A stretch of 64,000 bases of DNA from Gemmatimonadota bacterium. GTDB taxonomy: Bacteria; Gemmatimonadota; Gemmatimonadetes; Longimicrobiales; Gaopeijiaceae. The notes beneath the pieces are model-generated. The model was not told the origin of the DNA. It was given only the letters and a program-made list of their open reading frames with translations, and did not search any database. The stretch spans positions 170,628 through 234,627 of the forward strand of contig JAWKQN010000009.1 of the NCBI GenBank assembly GCA_041390125.1. The letters run 5' to 3'. Of this stretch, positions 63,530 to 64,000 are shown piece after piece (the stretch's first letter is position 1; every line of letters begins with the position of its first letter). A program made the position numbers and the translations under genes.

Positions 63530-64000
63530 CGTCCACCCCGGCGCGGCTGGCCGTCGCCTCCCGGTGCGCCCGCTCCGCGCTTTCCAGCAGCTGTGCCTGG
63601 AGCCGCCCCGCCAGGGCTTCGAGCTCCTCGTCGCTGGTGTACGGCGGCACGGGCACCGGATCTCCATACCGCACGCTCACGACCGAGAACGGCTTGGGGA
63701 CGATGAAGCCGTCCCAGCTCCCCAGCCGCCAGGCCCGCGACACGCCGACGGCCACGGTCACCACGGGTACACCGGCCGCCCGCGCGGCGAGGAGCGCCCC
63801 CGGCTTGAAGACCCGCGCCGGACCCCGCGGCCCGTCGGGGGTGACGGCCAGATCGGAGCCCGCGCGGCCCGCGCGGATGAGGGCCTTGAGGCCGCGCACG
63901 GCGCCGCGCGAGCTCGACCCGCGCGCGGTCGCGAAGCCGTAGCGTTGGATGATGCGGGTGATGTACTCGCCGTCGGCGTGCTCGCTGACCAGCACCACCG
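63522..64000 (-). CDS. DUF374 domain protein (LPLAT-like, usually linked to Kdo transferase/lpxK); 5' end lies outside the window
   Basis: SRGAVRGLKALIRAG...LAVTPDGPRGP pattern. The ORF is open to the window edge. Confidence 0.7.
   Translation of the reverse strand, partial: VVLVSEHADGEYITRIIQRYGFATARGSSSRGAVRGLKALIRAGRAGSDLAVTPDGPRGPARVFKPGALLAARAAGVPVVTVAVGVSRAWRLGSWDGFIVPKPFSVVSVRYGDPVPVPPYTSDEELEALAGRLQAQLLESAERAHREATASRAGVDDA

Noticed and set aside
1-64000. CRISPR arrays, restriction-modification, toxin-antitoxin, or other defence or mobile systems.
   Set aside because: There are no spaced direct repeats and no Cas-like, nuclease/helicase, methylase-endonuclease pair or small TA-like gene pairs. 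Every sizeable ORF is accounted for by metabolic, envelope or regulatory functions.

Overview
This is a very GC-rich, gene-dense bacterial chromosomal segment; nearly every third codon position is G/C. I call about 60 protein genes and 2 tRNAs (Arg-CCT, Gly-CCC). I saw no rRNA, CRISPR array, transposase, integrase or phage genes.

lpxK, an outer-membrane beta-barrel gene and LVIVD, ArgF' and BshC genes point to a diderm, possibly Gemmatimonadota-like lineage. That is a guess I cannot verify here.

Gene order:
- 3' end of rpoN, then a 9-gene translationally coupled envelope glycosylation/lipid operon (GtrB-like GT2, wecB, GT4, YfhO-like, flippase-like, second GT2, Zn-ribbon protein, plsC-like, methyltransferase).
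- S9 peptidase, a secreted HExxH protein plus lipoprotein pair, and a methyltransferase.
- TPR protein, MFS transporter, ggt and a DUF423 protein.
- An arginine operon: argR, unknown P-loop gene, argC, argD, argF', argB.
- A kinase-aminotransferase fusion, then large Big_2/HExxH and LVIVD surface proteins.
- A minor-pilin operon (FimT/PilV/PilW/PilX-like), tRNA-Arg, and a tandem double hybrid histidine kinase.
- A DUF512-der-plsY-gpsA-merR-surE-pcm-yqaA run, then a GMC dehydrogenase pair, an M23 peptidase and an OMP barrel.
- A 52-aa lasso-leader-like ORF, tRNA-Gly and a TPR lipoprotein.
- uvrC, murJ, bshC, rlmH, lpxK and a DUF374 gene cut by the window end.

Most of the window is housekeeping and I see no defence or mobile system. 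The most novel-looking items are:
- the orphan RiPP/lasso-like precursor;
- the unassigned P-loop gene wired into the arg operon;
- the minor-pilin operon with a non-canonical downstream module;
- the GtrB/YfhO-type glycosylation operon in a diderm.

Many long ORFs in the six-frame track are antisense or off-frame artefacts of the high GC content. All family names come from motif recognition by eye, not from searches.
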